From the human T2T-CHM13v2.0 reference genome, Homo sapiens, in contig CP086569.2 in NCBI GenBank assembly GCA_009914755.4, forward strand, positions 3,520,001 through 3,584,000: DNA of 64,000 nucleotides. The letters run 5' to 3'. The position numbers and the translations under genes were made by a program. Below, piece by piece: positions 41,316 to 61,359 of the stretch. Within the stretch, counting starts at the first letter, position 1. Each line of letters starts with the position of its first letter. The notes beneath the pieces are model-generated. The model was given only the letters and a program-made list of their open reading frames with translations, ran no database searches and was not told the DNA's origin.

Positions 41316-41575
41316 GAGTTGTATCTGGCTTTGAAGATGGATGGAGGCCATGAGTAAAATAAATTGGGTAGCCTCTAGATGTTGGGAAGGGCAAGAAAAT
41401 AGATTGTCTTCTAAAGATACCAGAAAGGAACATAGCCCTGTTGACACCTTAATTTTAGCCCAGTGATACTCATTTCAGACATCTGACTTCCAAAACTATA
41501 AAATCATAAATTTATGTTGTTTTAACCTACTAAGTGTATGGTAACTTGTTATAGTTAGAAATCAAAAACTAACAT
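41050..41575 (+). mobile_element. Ancient MaLR-type LTR remnant, same family as 1741-2268
   Basis: Reads 'agatgtccctgggtaggaagaataatggtcccccaaatatttccaagtcctcaactctagaacttataaatgttatattttatgggaaaaaataaggttacagatggagttaagtctgctaatcagttggccttaaaaaagattatctggaattaactggataggtacaacgtaatcacaaggatgcttaaaag'. The end reads '...catagccctgttgacaccttaattttagcccagtgatactcatttcagacatctgacttccaaaactataaaatcataaatttatgttgttttaacctactaagtgtatggtaacttgttatagttag'. Confidence 0.5.
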
Positions 41576-42758
41576 AATTTCTATCTTTTGTATTCAAAAG
41601 ATAAACACTTAAGATAGATCCCTAAAAATTATGAAACCAATATTTTAGGTTCCCTGACATTTGTGGTATAGAAAGACATCAATGAACAATTTGTATTTGT
41701 TGTTCCTTTTCTTAAATGTCATTACACCATATGTATTAACACCTTTCAGTTAAGAGAATGATATTTTATATCTTCCTCACTGCTGACTTATTTGACAATG
41801 CTATTCTTAATGTGTTTATAATTTCTGAAGATATTAAAGTATAACCACATCCTGTTTATGTGGCACTGTAGAGAAATTGGCCTTCCAAATTAGTGGATTT
41901 TCTAAATAAACTCAATCACTTTTGGGTGGTGTGTGTGAGCATGCTTGTGTGATTAAATTATAATATTAAAATTTTTCTCACTTTTATACTTTTTGAAGCA
42001 GATAAATTAGTGTATGTAACAACATTTTTTATGAATATGAGTCATTATTCTGAACATAAATTATATGCCATGCTAAAATACTCCCACATGTTGTTATTTT
42101 CAGGCTCTATTAAAAGACATAGAGTAATTCATGTCTTTTCAAAATAGTTGTAACTAGTTAATATATTATTCTGAGCACATTTTCTAACAATTATTCTATC
42201 AGAAAAAGGTATAACAGAGTGGACGAGAAACAAGAACAAAGGCACTAAGATAATTAAATTGAGTGTAGCAGTAAATTGAACACGCAAGAATTATTGCATG
42301 AACAAAGTTAGTGACCATGAAAATGGAGAGCAAATGATTGATTTAAGACATGGAAAGAAAATATTGAAAAGAATTTGAAGCTTCATTGGGAGTAACAGAA
42401 AATGATACATTGAGGATAACTTATACAATTCATCTCTGAGTAACATTGTGGATGTTGGTAACCACCGTAATATGGAATATGAAAAGAGGAGCAAATTTTT
42501 ATGAAAGTATGAAGGTTTCATAAAGGGATATTCTGAATTTGAGACGCCAGAGAGACAACCAACTAAAGATTCACTACAGAAGTTGGATATTTGGAGCTAA
42601 GTGTAATAAACAATATGTTTAGATTAACATGATAAATGATAAGGCATTGGTGTAAATTAAACTATAGTATAAGAAGAAGGCTAAGAATAAAGTTACGGGG
42701 CACAAAACATCTAATTTTGGGTTTAGAAGAGCTTAAGAGTTAAAATCTATAAATGATA

Positions 42759-45473
<2,715 letters not shown>

Positions 45474-48400
45474 CAGGGTCTGAGATTTTATTCTACCTAA
45501 CAAGCTAACAAAGTCAGCCAGTTTTATGAATGCTCTCAGAATCTGTGACACTTCTGATACAGAGGCACAGAACTATATTGCTCATGACAATAGCTATAGC
45601 CAGAGCATGAGCATTGGCATCAGTTATCCCACCCCTAGTTCTCATATAGCCATATGACATTTGCCAGATGATACTTGCACATATAGTGGGTTCATTATGG
45701 GAGAACAATTGTGAGTTTAGGAGACCTCAGTATTGTACTATGACCCATAAGCATGTCCGTCTAATGCTCTTAAGGGAGAACATATATCTTCCAATGCTTT
45801 AAGAAAAGATACTCTTTGCTCCAAAGGGAAACACTATATCTTCAAAGGTTTTTACCACACATTTTTTGAAAGGTAGAATGGAACAAAGGCAGTAATTCCT
45901 GTACTCATAAGATAGACAGAAACATGTGATACCCATAGGACATAATCTCCCAACAAAGAGAAATACTATCAAGGAATGATCATCAAGATTGAAAAAAACA
46001 GGAGGGAAGAAAAATATGGAAAATGAAGTGGAAAGAGTCTTCTGAGAGTGAGTTAACAGCAGTAAATCTTGACAGAAATTTCAAGTAGAATGTGAATTAT
46101 AAACAATCTATCTATTTTGCACCCAGAAGTAGAATTGTTAGATCATAGATTATTCATATGTTGAGCTTTAAAATATATTGCCAAATGACTTTCCAAAATG
46201 TATATAAACAATTTATACTCCTACCAGCATAAAAGACAATTAGAGAAAATCTATACCTTTGCCAACATTTATCATTATTTTTATTTCTAGCCATTCTTTG
46301 TTGTTTGTGGTTATATGTCACTGTGGCTTTTATACACATTTTCATGATCACTAATGGAGTTGAGCACTTTTTGATAGGTTTATTGGTCATTTGAATAACC
46401 ACTTTTAAAAGTCTCTATTTAAATGGTTTTTGTCCCTTTTTCTATCGGATTTTCCTCTGGCATTTTAAAGATTTTTATTAGTTCTGGAAATAAATTTTAT
46501 ATTGAATATATTTAATTATAATATAAACTACTACTCTATACATTTTATATTTTAAGGGCATGTAAAAGGGAGAGAAACTCTTGATTTTAATGTATTACAT
46601 CAATTGTTCCATTTTGGTTAACAGTTTATGTACTGTTTAAGTAATCTTTGCTGTCTCAAATGTATGAAGAAATACTTCTATATTTTTGTTTTAGAATACT
46701 TTTTATTTTAAATTTAGTTATATGATCTAGTTGGAATTTTTCTGTATGGTGAAATGTAGGAAAACATTTTGGTTTTATCTATATGAATATTTTTATAGTT
46801 TATCTTAATTCAAAGACATTGCTATATTATTTACATTTCAATTTGTCACACAAATATTTCTAATTTCTTATGTTCATATTCATGTTGTCTACAAATAATG
46901 AGCTTTATTTTTTCATAGTACACTGGATAAGATATCCAGTATAGGTTTGAATTGAGAGAATAATGGGCATTTTTATGTCATTTTTAATCATGAGAGGGGA
47001 AATAGGGAAATGTCGTATTTTACTAATTAAATTTTATATTTGCTGTAGATTTTAAATATATACCATTTGTCAGATAAAAGAAATTCCTTATATTCCTTGC
47101 TTACCATAGTTTTTTTTTTACATTGATGATGGTGAAATTTTCTCAAATCCTTATTCTGCATTTCATCTATGAAGATGACTTACTACTTTATTATCTTAAT
47201 GTGATAAAAGAAGGTAATTGTTGTTAAAATGTGGTCTGCCCTGCATGAGAAAATAATACCAACTTGTTAATGATGTATTGTACCTTTAAAAAATCACTGG
47301 ATTCTATTTGTTATTTTTTAGAATTATTGAATTTATGTTTATGAACGTGATTACCCCTAAGTTTCCTTTCCTGTTATTTGTTATTCACAAAATTACAGTG
47401 ACCCCATTACTCTCTATATCCAACCTCTCTCTCTTTCCTTCTCCCCTTTTTTGTTTCTCCAAGAAAGTTGTGTACAATTAGTGTCACATTTTATTAAAAG
47501 TTTGGAAAAATTCAGAAGTGAATACATCTGGCACTAAAGATATTTTGTGGGGAAACATTTATTTGCCAATTTACTGACTTTAATAGATACAGTGCTATTT
47601 ATATATTTTTATTTTATCTTGTGTCAATTCTGATAATTTGTGTTTTTCTAGGAATTATTCAATTTTATGCAAAATTTTATTTGTACTTTAAAATTTTTCA
47701 TTATGCTATTTAAAAAGCTTTATAAAATTTGTAAAACATCTTGTGATAGCACCTTTTTATCCCTGGTATTTCAAATTTGTGTCTTTAATTATTTATGTAT
47801 TTTAATTTTGCTCAATTTGGTTAAATGTCTATCAAATGTTAATCTTTCAAAAAATCCACTTTTGGCTTTGTTAATAAACTAACTTCTATTGTTTATTTTG
47901 TATTTAATAAATACTCTTTTTATTTTCTAACTTCTACATTTTTGGTATACAATAAGATGTCCTTTTACTCACTTCTTGATATAAATATTTGGTTATTGAT
48001 TTTTGACTTACCATCTTTTCTTATTTATAAATTTTTGAATATATATTTTCTTCTCTGCACAGACTTGCTGCATTCCACAAGTTTTGTTATGCTGTATGAT
48101 CATTAGTTTACAAATCAAAATGTTTTAATTTTCATTATGATTTCTAATTTGATAAATTGCTTTGATGTATTTTGCTAAATTTCTAAATAGTTGAACTTTT
48201 TTTATTGCATTATTAATTTTTAGGCTTAATTCCACTGTAGCCATAAAATATACCTTGAATGATTTCAATGCTTTAAAATTTCTTTAGATATTTTTAATAG
48301 CCTTACATGTGGTCAGTTTGGGTAGAAGTATAACGTACATTTGAAAATATCAGTTATTAAACAGTTATTTACAACTATTTCAATTTGCAAATTGGGTCAC

Positions 48401-49884
48401 TTTTGTAAATTCTGTTAATTGAATCATCTGGAGATGAAATGTTTTTATTATTTTCTTGTTTTATCAGTTACTGAGTGTGCTGTTTTAAAATTTCCCACCG
48501 TGATGATGGATTTATCTATTTTCATTTTGATTCTATAAAATATGGCTGTATATTTGGAAACTCTGTTATTTGGGAGATACATGTTAAAACTGTTACATTT
48601 TTTCCAGTGGATTGACCCTCTTGATTGAATGGCAAATTAAAAAATAATAGCAATATAAGCAAAGATGTAAAGCAACTGAAACTCTAATGTATGAACAGTG
48701 GATGTATGCATTTACATAACCACTTTGGAAAACTGTTCATCATTATCTACCAAATTAAAATGCATGCATAGCCAATGACCATTCTATTTTATTTTTATGT
48801 ATATACCCCAAAAAGATTTATGATTATACAAACTAACATATATGTTAAAGAACATTCATTGCAAAACTATGCAGCTCAAACTGTAAACATTCCAAACGTC
48901 CAACAGTAAAATTTATACATAAATTTTGGTATATTTATTTCATGGAAAAATATACAGAAAGTATAATAAATAATTACATGTAACAATATAAATGAATGAA
49001 AAGGACATAAATGAATGAAAAGAATTGTGATCAATTCTTTTGATCACAATGATCAAAAGAAGCTAGACACAAATAATACATACTTACATTTCCATTGATA
49101 TAAAGCTCAAAAGCTTTTAAAAAAGACAAAACTATGCTATAATTTTAGAAGCCAGTATACTAGCTACCTTTGTAGAAGAGGGAAGATATTTTGGTTCTGA
49201 AGAAGGCTGAAGGGCTATTTTGGATGTTGGTAGCAACCTATTTTTTTTATGTTTATTACATAGATGTGCTTTACTGTGATAATTCATTGATGTGATATTT
49301 TTATGTATTTTTCTATGTGTATGCTATACTTTAACAAATTGCTAAAAATGCATTTTAAGAATGCTAGTTATATTTCTAGTGCAATTTATTTACAGTGAAG
49401 AAAATGTCTGAGATATATGACATATGATCTTCCTCAGAAAAAAATGTTTTAACAACAAACACCAATTTCATTTTGTCTTCTCTTTCCCATGTGCGTGATG
49501 TATTCCCTTGCTAAACTTATTCAAGACTTTCTTGCTGCTATTGAAATAAAGACAGATATATTTAACTTGGCCTTTAAATTCTTGTATGATTTTAACCCTG
49601 TTTGTCATTTCAGCCTCATTTTATGTTATCTTCAATCTTCATCCAAAGCCCCATGTGACCTGAGATTGGACCTGTTGTTGCTCAACATTGGATAACTATA
49701 ATTTCCTGTATATGGTAGGTAGAGTGTAATATAAAGATTAACTGAATAAATAATTCAACAAACTGACACAGAAAATAACTAGAAAAAATAATAAATTATT
49801 AATTATTTCTAGTTTATTCTTGCTTTCAGAGAAAGGAAATATTGATATAATGAAGAAATTCAGTTCATAGCTTGTATAAACATT

Positions 49885-50475
49885 AATGTTAAGAAACCAA
49901 ATTTAAACGAAAAATAAAATTTTAAGCCCCCCAGCCAAGCATCTAAATGGACCACATCTTTTGGCCAAGAGCATTCCAAAATTAACGAGAAAAACTAGCT
50001 CAGACCATGATGGGAAAGAACCAAGGATACCTCATTATACCCTCCTCCCTTTTGGAATTACTAATAGAATAAACTCTTTAAGTCTGATAAGAAACATTTA
50101 CAATCTATTCTGTCTGAAACCTGCTACCTAGAGGCTTCATGTGCATGATAAATCCTTGGTCTCCACAACCTGTTTTTTGTAACCTGGACATTTCTTTCTA
50201 TTGACAATAACTCTTTCAATCAATTGTCAATCAGAAAATCTTTAAATCTACCTATGACCTGGAAGTCCCCAATTCGAGCCATCCCACCTTTCTGGACCAA
50301 ACCAATGTACATTTTACATGTATTGATTAATGCCTTATGTCTCCCTAAAATGTATAAAATCAAGTTGTACCCTGACCAATTGGTCACATAATCTCAGGAT
50401 CTCCTGAGGGCTGTGTCACAGTCCATTTGTCCCTTATATTGGACTCAGAATAAATCTCTTCAAATATTTTACAGT
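49885..50475 (-). repeat. Unclassified interspersed repeat, 'family X', copy 4 of 4
   Basis: The reverse complement reads '...aaggtgggatggctcgaattggggacttccaggtcataggtagatttaaagattttctgattgacaattgattgaaagagttattgtcaatagaaagaaatgtccaggttacaaaaaacaggttgtggagaccaaggatttatcatgcacatgaagcctctaggtagcaggtttcagacagaatagattgtaaatgtttcttatcagacttaaagagtttattctattagtaattccaaaagggaggagggtataatgaggtatcc...'. It is collinear with 30483-31075 and 38231-38790. The plus strand shows 'gtcacataatctcaggatctcctgagggctgtgtcacag' and 'ggaccaaaccaatgtacattttacatgtattgattaatgccttatgtctccctaaaatgtataaaatcaag'. Confidence 0.55.
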
Positions 50476-52308
50476 TTGACTATTTTTGTACACACAAACA
50501 AAAAATAGGCTAAATCTTAATATATCTTCTTGTCTATGCTCAGGCAGTTTATATCTAAACACCTTAAATGAATAGGTTACTGGTATTTTAAGATTTAAAA
50601 GAAAAGTACAAGATTTTTATTTCATATGACACAAATAAAATACCATTTTCACTCATCTAACATGTGGATTGACAGATTGCAGATATCATCCATTACCTGA
50701 ATATTACAGATACTAAATTTGGAAAATAAGGGCTCAACCTAGTCATTTCTCAGAAAATTTCTTCCCAATACTGGTGAGTTATGAAATCTGTTATGTTTCA
50801 ACTCTTAGGGTTATTATTTTCTAATAGTGCATCTATGTTCTAGAAAGGCAGTGTTATGCAATACAAAAGAAGCAATCTTTAATGTAGAAGACTGATTACG
50901 TTTAAGTGACATATCTGCCACCATAAAATCACAATCAAGTCACTTAACTTTTCTGTATACTTTTTCTGTATTTTTTCTGTAACATTGTTTGGTAGGAAAA
51001 TCAGGGGTCATTATAACTCTGCCAACTGCATAGAATTAATTTGAGGGAATCAACTGTAGTAATAAATGTGCTTTGAAAATTATATATTGGTATAAATTTA
51101 AAATATAACTAAATAATAGTCTCATTATAAGTAAGAACTACATAAAACAAATAAGATTCATCTTTGTTGAGGCTTATATCCTCTATTTGCTTAATATACA
51201 TTATTTCATTTAATACATGGCAACAGTTTTAAGCATTAATTATTTAACATTACCAACTTATAGATCAAGGAGCAAATTCATGTACAGGTTAAATCATTTT
51301 TCTAGGGTTACATAGTGGTGTAGCTGGTCTTTCTTGTGCCATACTTCATGCTTCATCAATAGTATCATAGAAAATCATGTTGTCTCCCAGAAAGTATAAT
51401 ACAGCCCATTGAAAAAAATCTCACGTAATTGTAAACATTTTTAGTCATTTTATCCAATATTTTGAGCAACATCCCAAATACAAATCATTTTACTATAATG
51501 TGAATCAGGTATGCCATTTCACAATTTTAAGTATAGGAAATTGTTTATCCTATAAACCAAAAAGCAACTGAGACAATTTAGAAGTTTATTTCACCAAAGT
51601 CAAGGACAATGCCAAGGAGAAAAAAATAAAATAAAATAACAGAAACAGCCTATGATCTGTGTCTTTCTTCAGAGATTACTTTGAGAAATTCAATATTTAT
51701 AGGGAAAAGCGGGCTGGAGGGAATAGAGGAAGGGTTTGGTAATCCACATGTTGCAATAGAAAAGAAGCAGGTAGGGGAATAGCCAATTGTGTACTTGTCT
51801 CATGCTCGGTAAATCAAATTTGCACTTTATATAACATAATGTGAATATAGAATAGCCACCTGTGGAGATATTTAACCTTTTATCTGTAGGTATCTGTTTA
51901 GGAACAAAAGGAAAGGCCAGTTCTTACATGACTCTTCTTACAGCTTTTTTTCTCTTGTCATAGTTAATTGGGGTCTCGGTTTTTTATTTTCCTTTCACAA
52001 TCTTAAAGTCAATTGCTCTCGAACATGTGAAATAACATTTTTCTTCAAAAGTCTAATTCCTGGATAAATGTACTTCTAGGAGGGCCAAGAAGTATTGAGG
52101 TCATGCATCACTGTATTTCTTCCTATGTTACCTAAGCCAAGATTGCCCTGGTTACCTAGGGCGCCCAGTGCATGTTTAACAATGCAGGAATAGGTGGTGG
52201 TACAAAATAGAATTCCACTAACTGGCCAAAACAAATAGCCAATATTATTTTTTTTAAGGGCACACTTTCTTTTCATTTGGTAACATGTCATTAAAAAAAT
52301 ACTAGTCC

Positions 52309-52696
<388 letters not shown>

Positions 52697-55496
52697 TCAT
52701 ATATTTATAGATAGTATTTCACCTGAACTTATATTTTATCTAGCTGTCACCAAATTTCTCAGAGTGTATGCAATATTAATCTTTTTAGTAATAAAATTTT
52801 ATTTATAAATAATGCATTGTTAATATTAAAAAAAAAACTGTAGGATCTACAGGTACAGCTGAGCAGAGATCTAGCTTCTATATTATTACAAATAATAACA
52901 GATAGCCAGTGCTTTTAAGCAGTGTGTGGTAGAGGGAGGTATAATGCATATATGATCATTTTGGGTTCCAGTTCTTTCTTTTTCTTGAAGAATTGGTCCA
53001 CTTGTTTTGTTCTGATAATTGCTGTGGGAGTTTGGGTAACTTTAGGCACATGGAATGTTTGAGATGTGAAAGCCAAGGGGAATTAAAGGATGATTGTTAG
53101 TTAATGGCAATGCAAATGATGCATGACTCATCCAGTTAAAGCTCAGTTGAACTCATCTCTCTTACATTAAGCACATGTATTATTTCCTGATTTTTTAAAA
53201 TCAAAAAGCGCACATTTCACATAGAAGTTCTAGAAAAATTATTTGGAAGTGATTGGTAAATATGCATTTTAATCAGACAAACAAAGCATAGTTTCTGGGC
53301 CATCTGCCATAAATATTTTTGTATTTTAATTTTATATTGCTAACTACAAAATGTTTACTAAAACCTTACCTGTAATATTCAGTTAGTTAAAATAAAAGTA
53401 CATATTGATTTTATTTTTAAACTCTATCTTTGGAGACACAGTCCTAAGTTGATTAATTAGTTGCATGACTGACAAACTCAGAAATATTATAATAAATGCC
53501 ATTCTATAAATAAGGCTTCAAGTTGTTGTTAGGTTTTAATGATTTGTTCCAAAAGGAGCAAAAGCCCTGCTAGTCTTTTTCATTAAAAAAATATATATAT
53601 TTTGCAATGTTTGATGCATTTATTAAATGGTAAAATTATTATCTATAAAGATGGCTCCTTATATGGTTTTTAAATCCTGTACAATTGAAAAATAACCTTT
53701 GGAGTACTTAATTTCAATTTAGATATTAAATTAAAAACAACAGTTTATTATCAGTGTAATACTTTCTGAAAGTATTCAAACTGCGAAAGTTATTTTGTGT
53801 TCAGGAATTGCGCCATTCTTCTTTTAAAATACCACCTAAATCTACGGACATCAAGATAAAATGTTAAAAATCCAAAATATCTTACCGATGATAAATGTTC
53901 TCTAATATAAATAAAATTACATTTTTTCCTGAAATAATATATAGAATTTTCAAACCAAATAAAAAATTTGTTATAACTTTTCTAATAATGTTTATTTTTA
54001 ATTTCTTCAATACTAGATTTATAGTGCATATTTCTTGATGCTATTTTTCCATGTAATCTATTTCAATTTTCTATTTATTATTATTATTTTATTAATATTT
54101 AACTATTGGTATTGTTTTACAGTAATCTATGAAAAGTTTAGAATTACCATCAATATTTAAAGCATTCAAATCTCAGTACCACGAGTCACAAGCCATCTTA
54201 ACGGGGAAATTAACTACGATCATTCAGCTTTCCTAAATTACTATTGGCACTCATATAATAAATATTTAAAGTTTATGTATAAAATTTTAGTGTCTAAAGA
54301 GACCTTAGCCATCATCTCTATAGTTTTTCCTCTAGATAAGGATAGAGATTGTATACTATTCAACTTGGCTTCTTTTCACATGTATCTTTGAATGACTAAC
54401 AATACATACAAAACACTCAATAAACATTTGATAAATTAGCTAGGGCACAATGCTTAAATAATTTAGCTGGCTTTTCCAAAGTCACACAAATACTTAATGT
54501 CTGTATTAATTTTCTATCGCTGACATAAAAAAATAAATGTACCAGCTTAAAACAAGAGAAATATATTATCTCACAGCTTCTTTAGATCAGAAGTCTGGGT
54601 GTACTAAACTAGGACATCTGCATAGGATCTCAGGAGGCTGAAATCATGTTTGTAGTGCTGTGTTCTTCCCGGAGAATCTGGAGGAAAATATACTTTTGAG
54701 CTCATGTTGTCTGCTGGACGAATACAGTTCCTTGGGAATTATATGCCTAAAGCCCCATTTCCTTGTTGGTTATCAGATGGGATCAATCTGTGCTTCAAAA
54801 GGCTCTTACATTTCTTCTCATGCTTTCCATAGGGCTCCCTCCAGCAATGGTGACTCAGGTTCTTCACATGCTTTTAAACTTTCTGGCTTCTCTTTCTGCT
54901 GTATCTCAGACTCAAAAAAAAAAAATTCCTTGTTTTTGGATAACCAGGATAATTTCTCTACATTAATTACATCTGCAAATTATCTGTTCCATGTAGTATA
55001 AAACATTTACATATTCCAAAAATGAGGACACTAACATCATTGCAGGGGTATTCTACTTACCACAATGTCAAAGTCTTGCATATAATTCAGTACCTTTCTT
55101 GCTGTCTTTCTACAAAAATTTGGCTGTAATTCCTTTAAAAAAAGAAATATGAACAGGACAGGACAATAATCTGTGATCAAGAAACTCATCTGTAATTTGC
55201 ACTTCAGGATTTTCTGTATTATTCTTGCAACTTCTGATTAATTCATAGTTATTTTCAAATACAAACTGCAAAAAGAAATACAAAGCACAAGGGAAATATG
55301 TATTTTTAGAATATGACTTTCTATAATACATGTTGTATTGATATAAGAAATGTGACCATTAAGGTAGAGTGATTATAAGTAGATATATTAAATAGTTGTT
55401 ATATAAGTGGGAAAATATTCTAAAATCTTGAAATTCAAGAGACTACTTGTAACAAGAGAGCATAAGTTTTACCTAATCAGAAAGAAACTTATGACT

Positions 55497-55810
<314 letters not shown>

Positions 55811-56324
55811 TTATGATACTAACACCAAATCTAGATTAGAAAGCAACTGAAGTGCAATTGTTCAGACCAAACACTGACATTATTCTGTGGTTAACTTATT
55901 TACTATGATGTTGTGGCTGCAGATATTGGAAGCCCAAAGCACTATTTGCATGTATTTAAACAAGTAGAATAGAAAAAATCATAAAGACCACAAATATGTA
56001 GAAGGGAATCTGATGATTGAAAAAACCCTAATTCCTTCTCATTAGAGGGTAATGTTTGGCTAAAGAAAAAAATTAGAAAAATTGCAGGAATATTGTCTCA
56101 ATCTAAACAATAGGTTGTTGGAGAAAAAAGATATAGTTTATATTTATAAAACATAATATAACTATAATGTAAATAAAATGGACAAATTACTAGAAACACA
56201 CAACCTACCAAAACTGAATCATGAACAAACAGAAAATTTGAACATATCTATAAGTAGAAAAGATATTGAATCATAACCAATACTCTGCCCAAAAGAAAAA
56301 CTCAGCAACATATGATTTCACTGG

Positions 56325-59065
<2,741 letters not shown>

Positions 59066-59380
59066 ACTGGCGGATTATACCAAACATTTAAAGAAGAAAT
59101 AACACCAACGTTTCTGAAACTTAAAAAAAAAAAATGAAGTGGAGAGAACACTCCTTAACTAATTCTATGAGGCCAGTTACTCTGATACCAAAACTAGACA
59201 ACAAAAGTACAAGTAAAGCAAGGTACAGCCAAATATTCCTGATTAATAGTGATGCAAACATTGTCAACAAAATAGTAGCAAAGAGAATTTGAGTATTTTA
59301 AAAGGATTATACACCATCAAAAATGTGGTTTTTATTCTGGAATGTAAGGAAAATTCACCCTATAAAAATCAATCAGGGTA
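59066..59380 (+). mobile_element. Old L1 ORF2 fragment (RT N-terminal region), about 315 bp
   Basis: Reads '...aactaattctatgaggccagttactctgataccaaaactagacaacaaaagtacaag...attcctgattaatagtgatgcaaacattgtcaacaaaatagtagcaaagagaatttgagtattttaaaaggattatacaccatcaaaaatgtggtttttattctggaatgtaagg'. It parallels L1 ORF2 '...ctcattttatgaggccagcatcatcctgataccaaagccaggcagagacacaacaaaaaaagagaattttagaccaatatccttgatgaacattgatgcaaaaatcctcaataaaatactggcaaaccgaatccagcagcacatcaaaaagcttatccaccatgatcaagtgggcttcatccctgggatgcaagg'. The same ORF2 segment recurs at 62440-62660 in the long L1, so this is a separate, older copy. Confidence 0.6.
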
Positions 59381-59999
59381 TTCCCAAGATGGCTGACTAG
59401 AAGCAGCTAGGGTGTGTGGCTTTCATGGAGAGAAATGGAAGGGGTGAGCAAATACGGTACCTTCAGCTGAAACATCCAGATGCTTACATTGGAACTACTC
59501 AAGGAAACAGCTCGACCCCTGAAGAATAGAGAATAGTAAGGCAGTTTGATGGCCCATCTGGGAACAATACAGTGCAAAGGGAACCTCCCCTACCCAGGGA
59601 AGTGGTGAGTGAATGTGCAACTTCAGAAAACCACACTCATCTCACAGATCTTTCCAACCATCAGGTTAAGAGATCCCCTGGTGAACCCACTTCAACAAGG
59701 CCTTCAGGCTGACACACAGAGCTACTTGGAGCCTTGGCAAAGCTGCCACTCAGGCACATATGGAGACATGGAAGCTTTGGATATTGTAGATTTCTGGGCT
59801 TCCCAGTAGAAGTAACTGTCACTCTGAAAAAGTGGGTGGTTAGAGCCCCATACATACCTCTAGGAAAGAGGCTGGAGCCAGGGTCCCAATCAGTGAAGGT
59901 CTGCAGGCCCCACTTCCACTGTGACTCACAGGATAAGACCCACTGGCTTGGTTTGATAGCCAGCCACCAGTAGCAATATTGTGCCTACCTTAGACAGAG

Positions 60000-60850
60000 T
60001 TCATGGTGGGGAGGAGTAGGCTGCCAGCTTTGCTGTTGGGGTACCTTGGACATTCCAGCCTGTGAGCTTTGGAGAGCCCAAGCCAACTGAGGCAGAAGAG
60101 GTACCCCAGCACAGCAGAGCTGCTCTACAAAAGCATGAATATATTGCTTCTTTAAGTGTGTTCTCAATCTTGTTCCTCCTCACTAAGGTGGAACCTCCCA
60201 ACCAGAGCCTTGAGCCACACCCACCAGTGTTCTCCAGCTGAAGGGATTTGGAAACTTGCTGGGACAAAACTTCCAGAAGGAGGTGCAGGTTGCCATCTTT
60301 GCTGTTTGGATGACTCAGCAGTTCTGGCTTTCCAGCCTTGGAGAGTCCAAGCCTACAGGGGGTGGAAATGGTACCTCAACACAGCACAGTGGCCCCACAA
60401 AAACATGGCCATACTGCTTTTTAAGCAGGTCCCTGACCCCATTCCTCATCACTGAGTGGAGCCCCTGAACTAGGATCTGTGGCTACCCTCACCAGTGTTC
60501 TCTGGCTGACAGAAGATTTGGGCCTCCTTGGGATGCAGCTATCAAGAGGAGAGACAGGCCACCATCTTGGCTGTTTGGATGACTTATCCATTCTAGCCTT
60601 TGGGTTTCAGAGTGTCTGAGGCTGCCAGAGGTGGACATGAACCCCCAGAAGAGCACAGCTGCTCTACAAAAACATGATCAGACAACTTTTTTAATGAGGC
60701 CCATGATCTCATTCCTCCTGCCTGGGTGAGACCTCCCAAATGGGTTCTTCAGCCGTTTCCTACAGGTGCGTTTGGGCCAGCAAGAGGTCTGTACCTCCCT
60801 GGGACAGAGCTCCCAAAAAAAGGAGAAAACTGCCATATTTGCTGTTTTCT
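60000..60850 (+). repeat. Three tandem ~270-280 bp units inside the L1 5' UTR
   Basis: Unit starts recur as 'tgccagctttgctgttggggtaccttggacattccagcctgtgagctttggagagcccaagccaactgaggcagaagaggtacc' (about 60020), 'tgccatctttgctgtttggatgactcagcagttctggctttccagccttggagagtccaagcctacagggggtggaaatggtacc' (about 60290) and 'caccatcttggctgtttggatgacttatccattctagcctttgggtttcagagtgtctgaggctgccagaggtggacatgaacc' (about 60563). Each ends with '...cacagcagagctgctctacaaaagcatg / ...cacagtggccccacaaaaacatggcc / ...cacagctgctctacaaaaacatgatc'. Confidence 0.55.
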
Positions 60851-61014
60851 AGCTTTCACTGGTGTTACCTCCAGGTACTGGAAAAACTGGGACCCCAAGC
60901 ATACTGCAGCAGCCTTATGGAAAGGTAGGCAGAATGTTATATATTTAAAAGAAGCAGCAACCTCAAAGATTGAAGGTAGATAAGCCCTAAATATGAGAAA
61001 GAATCAGTGCAAGA

Positions 61015-61359
61015 TTGCTGAAAACTCAGAAAGCCAGTGTTCCTTTTACTGTAAATGACTGCGTCACCTCTATAGCAAAGATTCGAAACCAGGCTGAGGC
61101 TGAGAAGGCTGAAATGACAGAAATAGAATTCAGAATATATATAGGAATGAAGTTTACTGAGCTAAAGGAGTATGTTGTAACCCAATGCAAAGAAGTTAAG
61201 AATCATGATAAAACAATACAGGAGCTGACAGAGAAAACAGCCAGTATAGAAGAGAATATAACCAACCCAATAGAGCTGAACAACACACTACAAATAGTTC
61301 ATAATGCAATCACAAGTATTAATAGAAGAATAGACCAAGTGGAGGAAAGAATCTTGTAG
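61015..61359 (+). pseudogene. L1 ORF1 remnant (N-terminal coiled-coil region), truncated by a stop
   Basis: ORF 61015..61359 reads 'MLKTQKASVPFTVNDCVTSIAKIRNQAEAEKAEMTEIEFRIYIGMKFTELKEYVVTQCKEVKNHDKTIQELTEKTASIEENITNPIELNNTLQIVHNAITSINRRIDQVEERIL'. It has L1 ORF1p-like leucine-zipper architecture. Downstream DNA continues the ORF1 homology ('...ctaacctagctagagaggccaacattcaactttaggaaatgcagataacccc...' against L1 '...ccaatctagcaaggcaggccaacattcagattcaggaaatacagagaacgcc...'). Confidence 0.8.

Noticed and set aside
46150-48600. Second long AT-rich stretch with L1-like texture
   Set aside because: Same reason: no diagnostic motif recognised, so it is not called.
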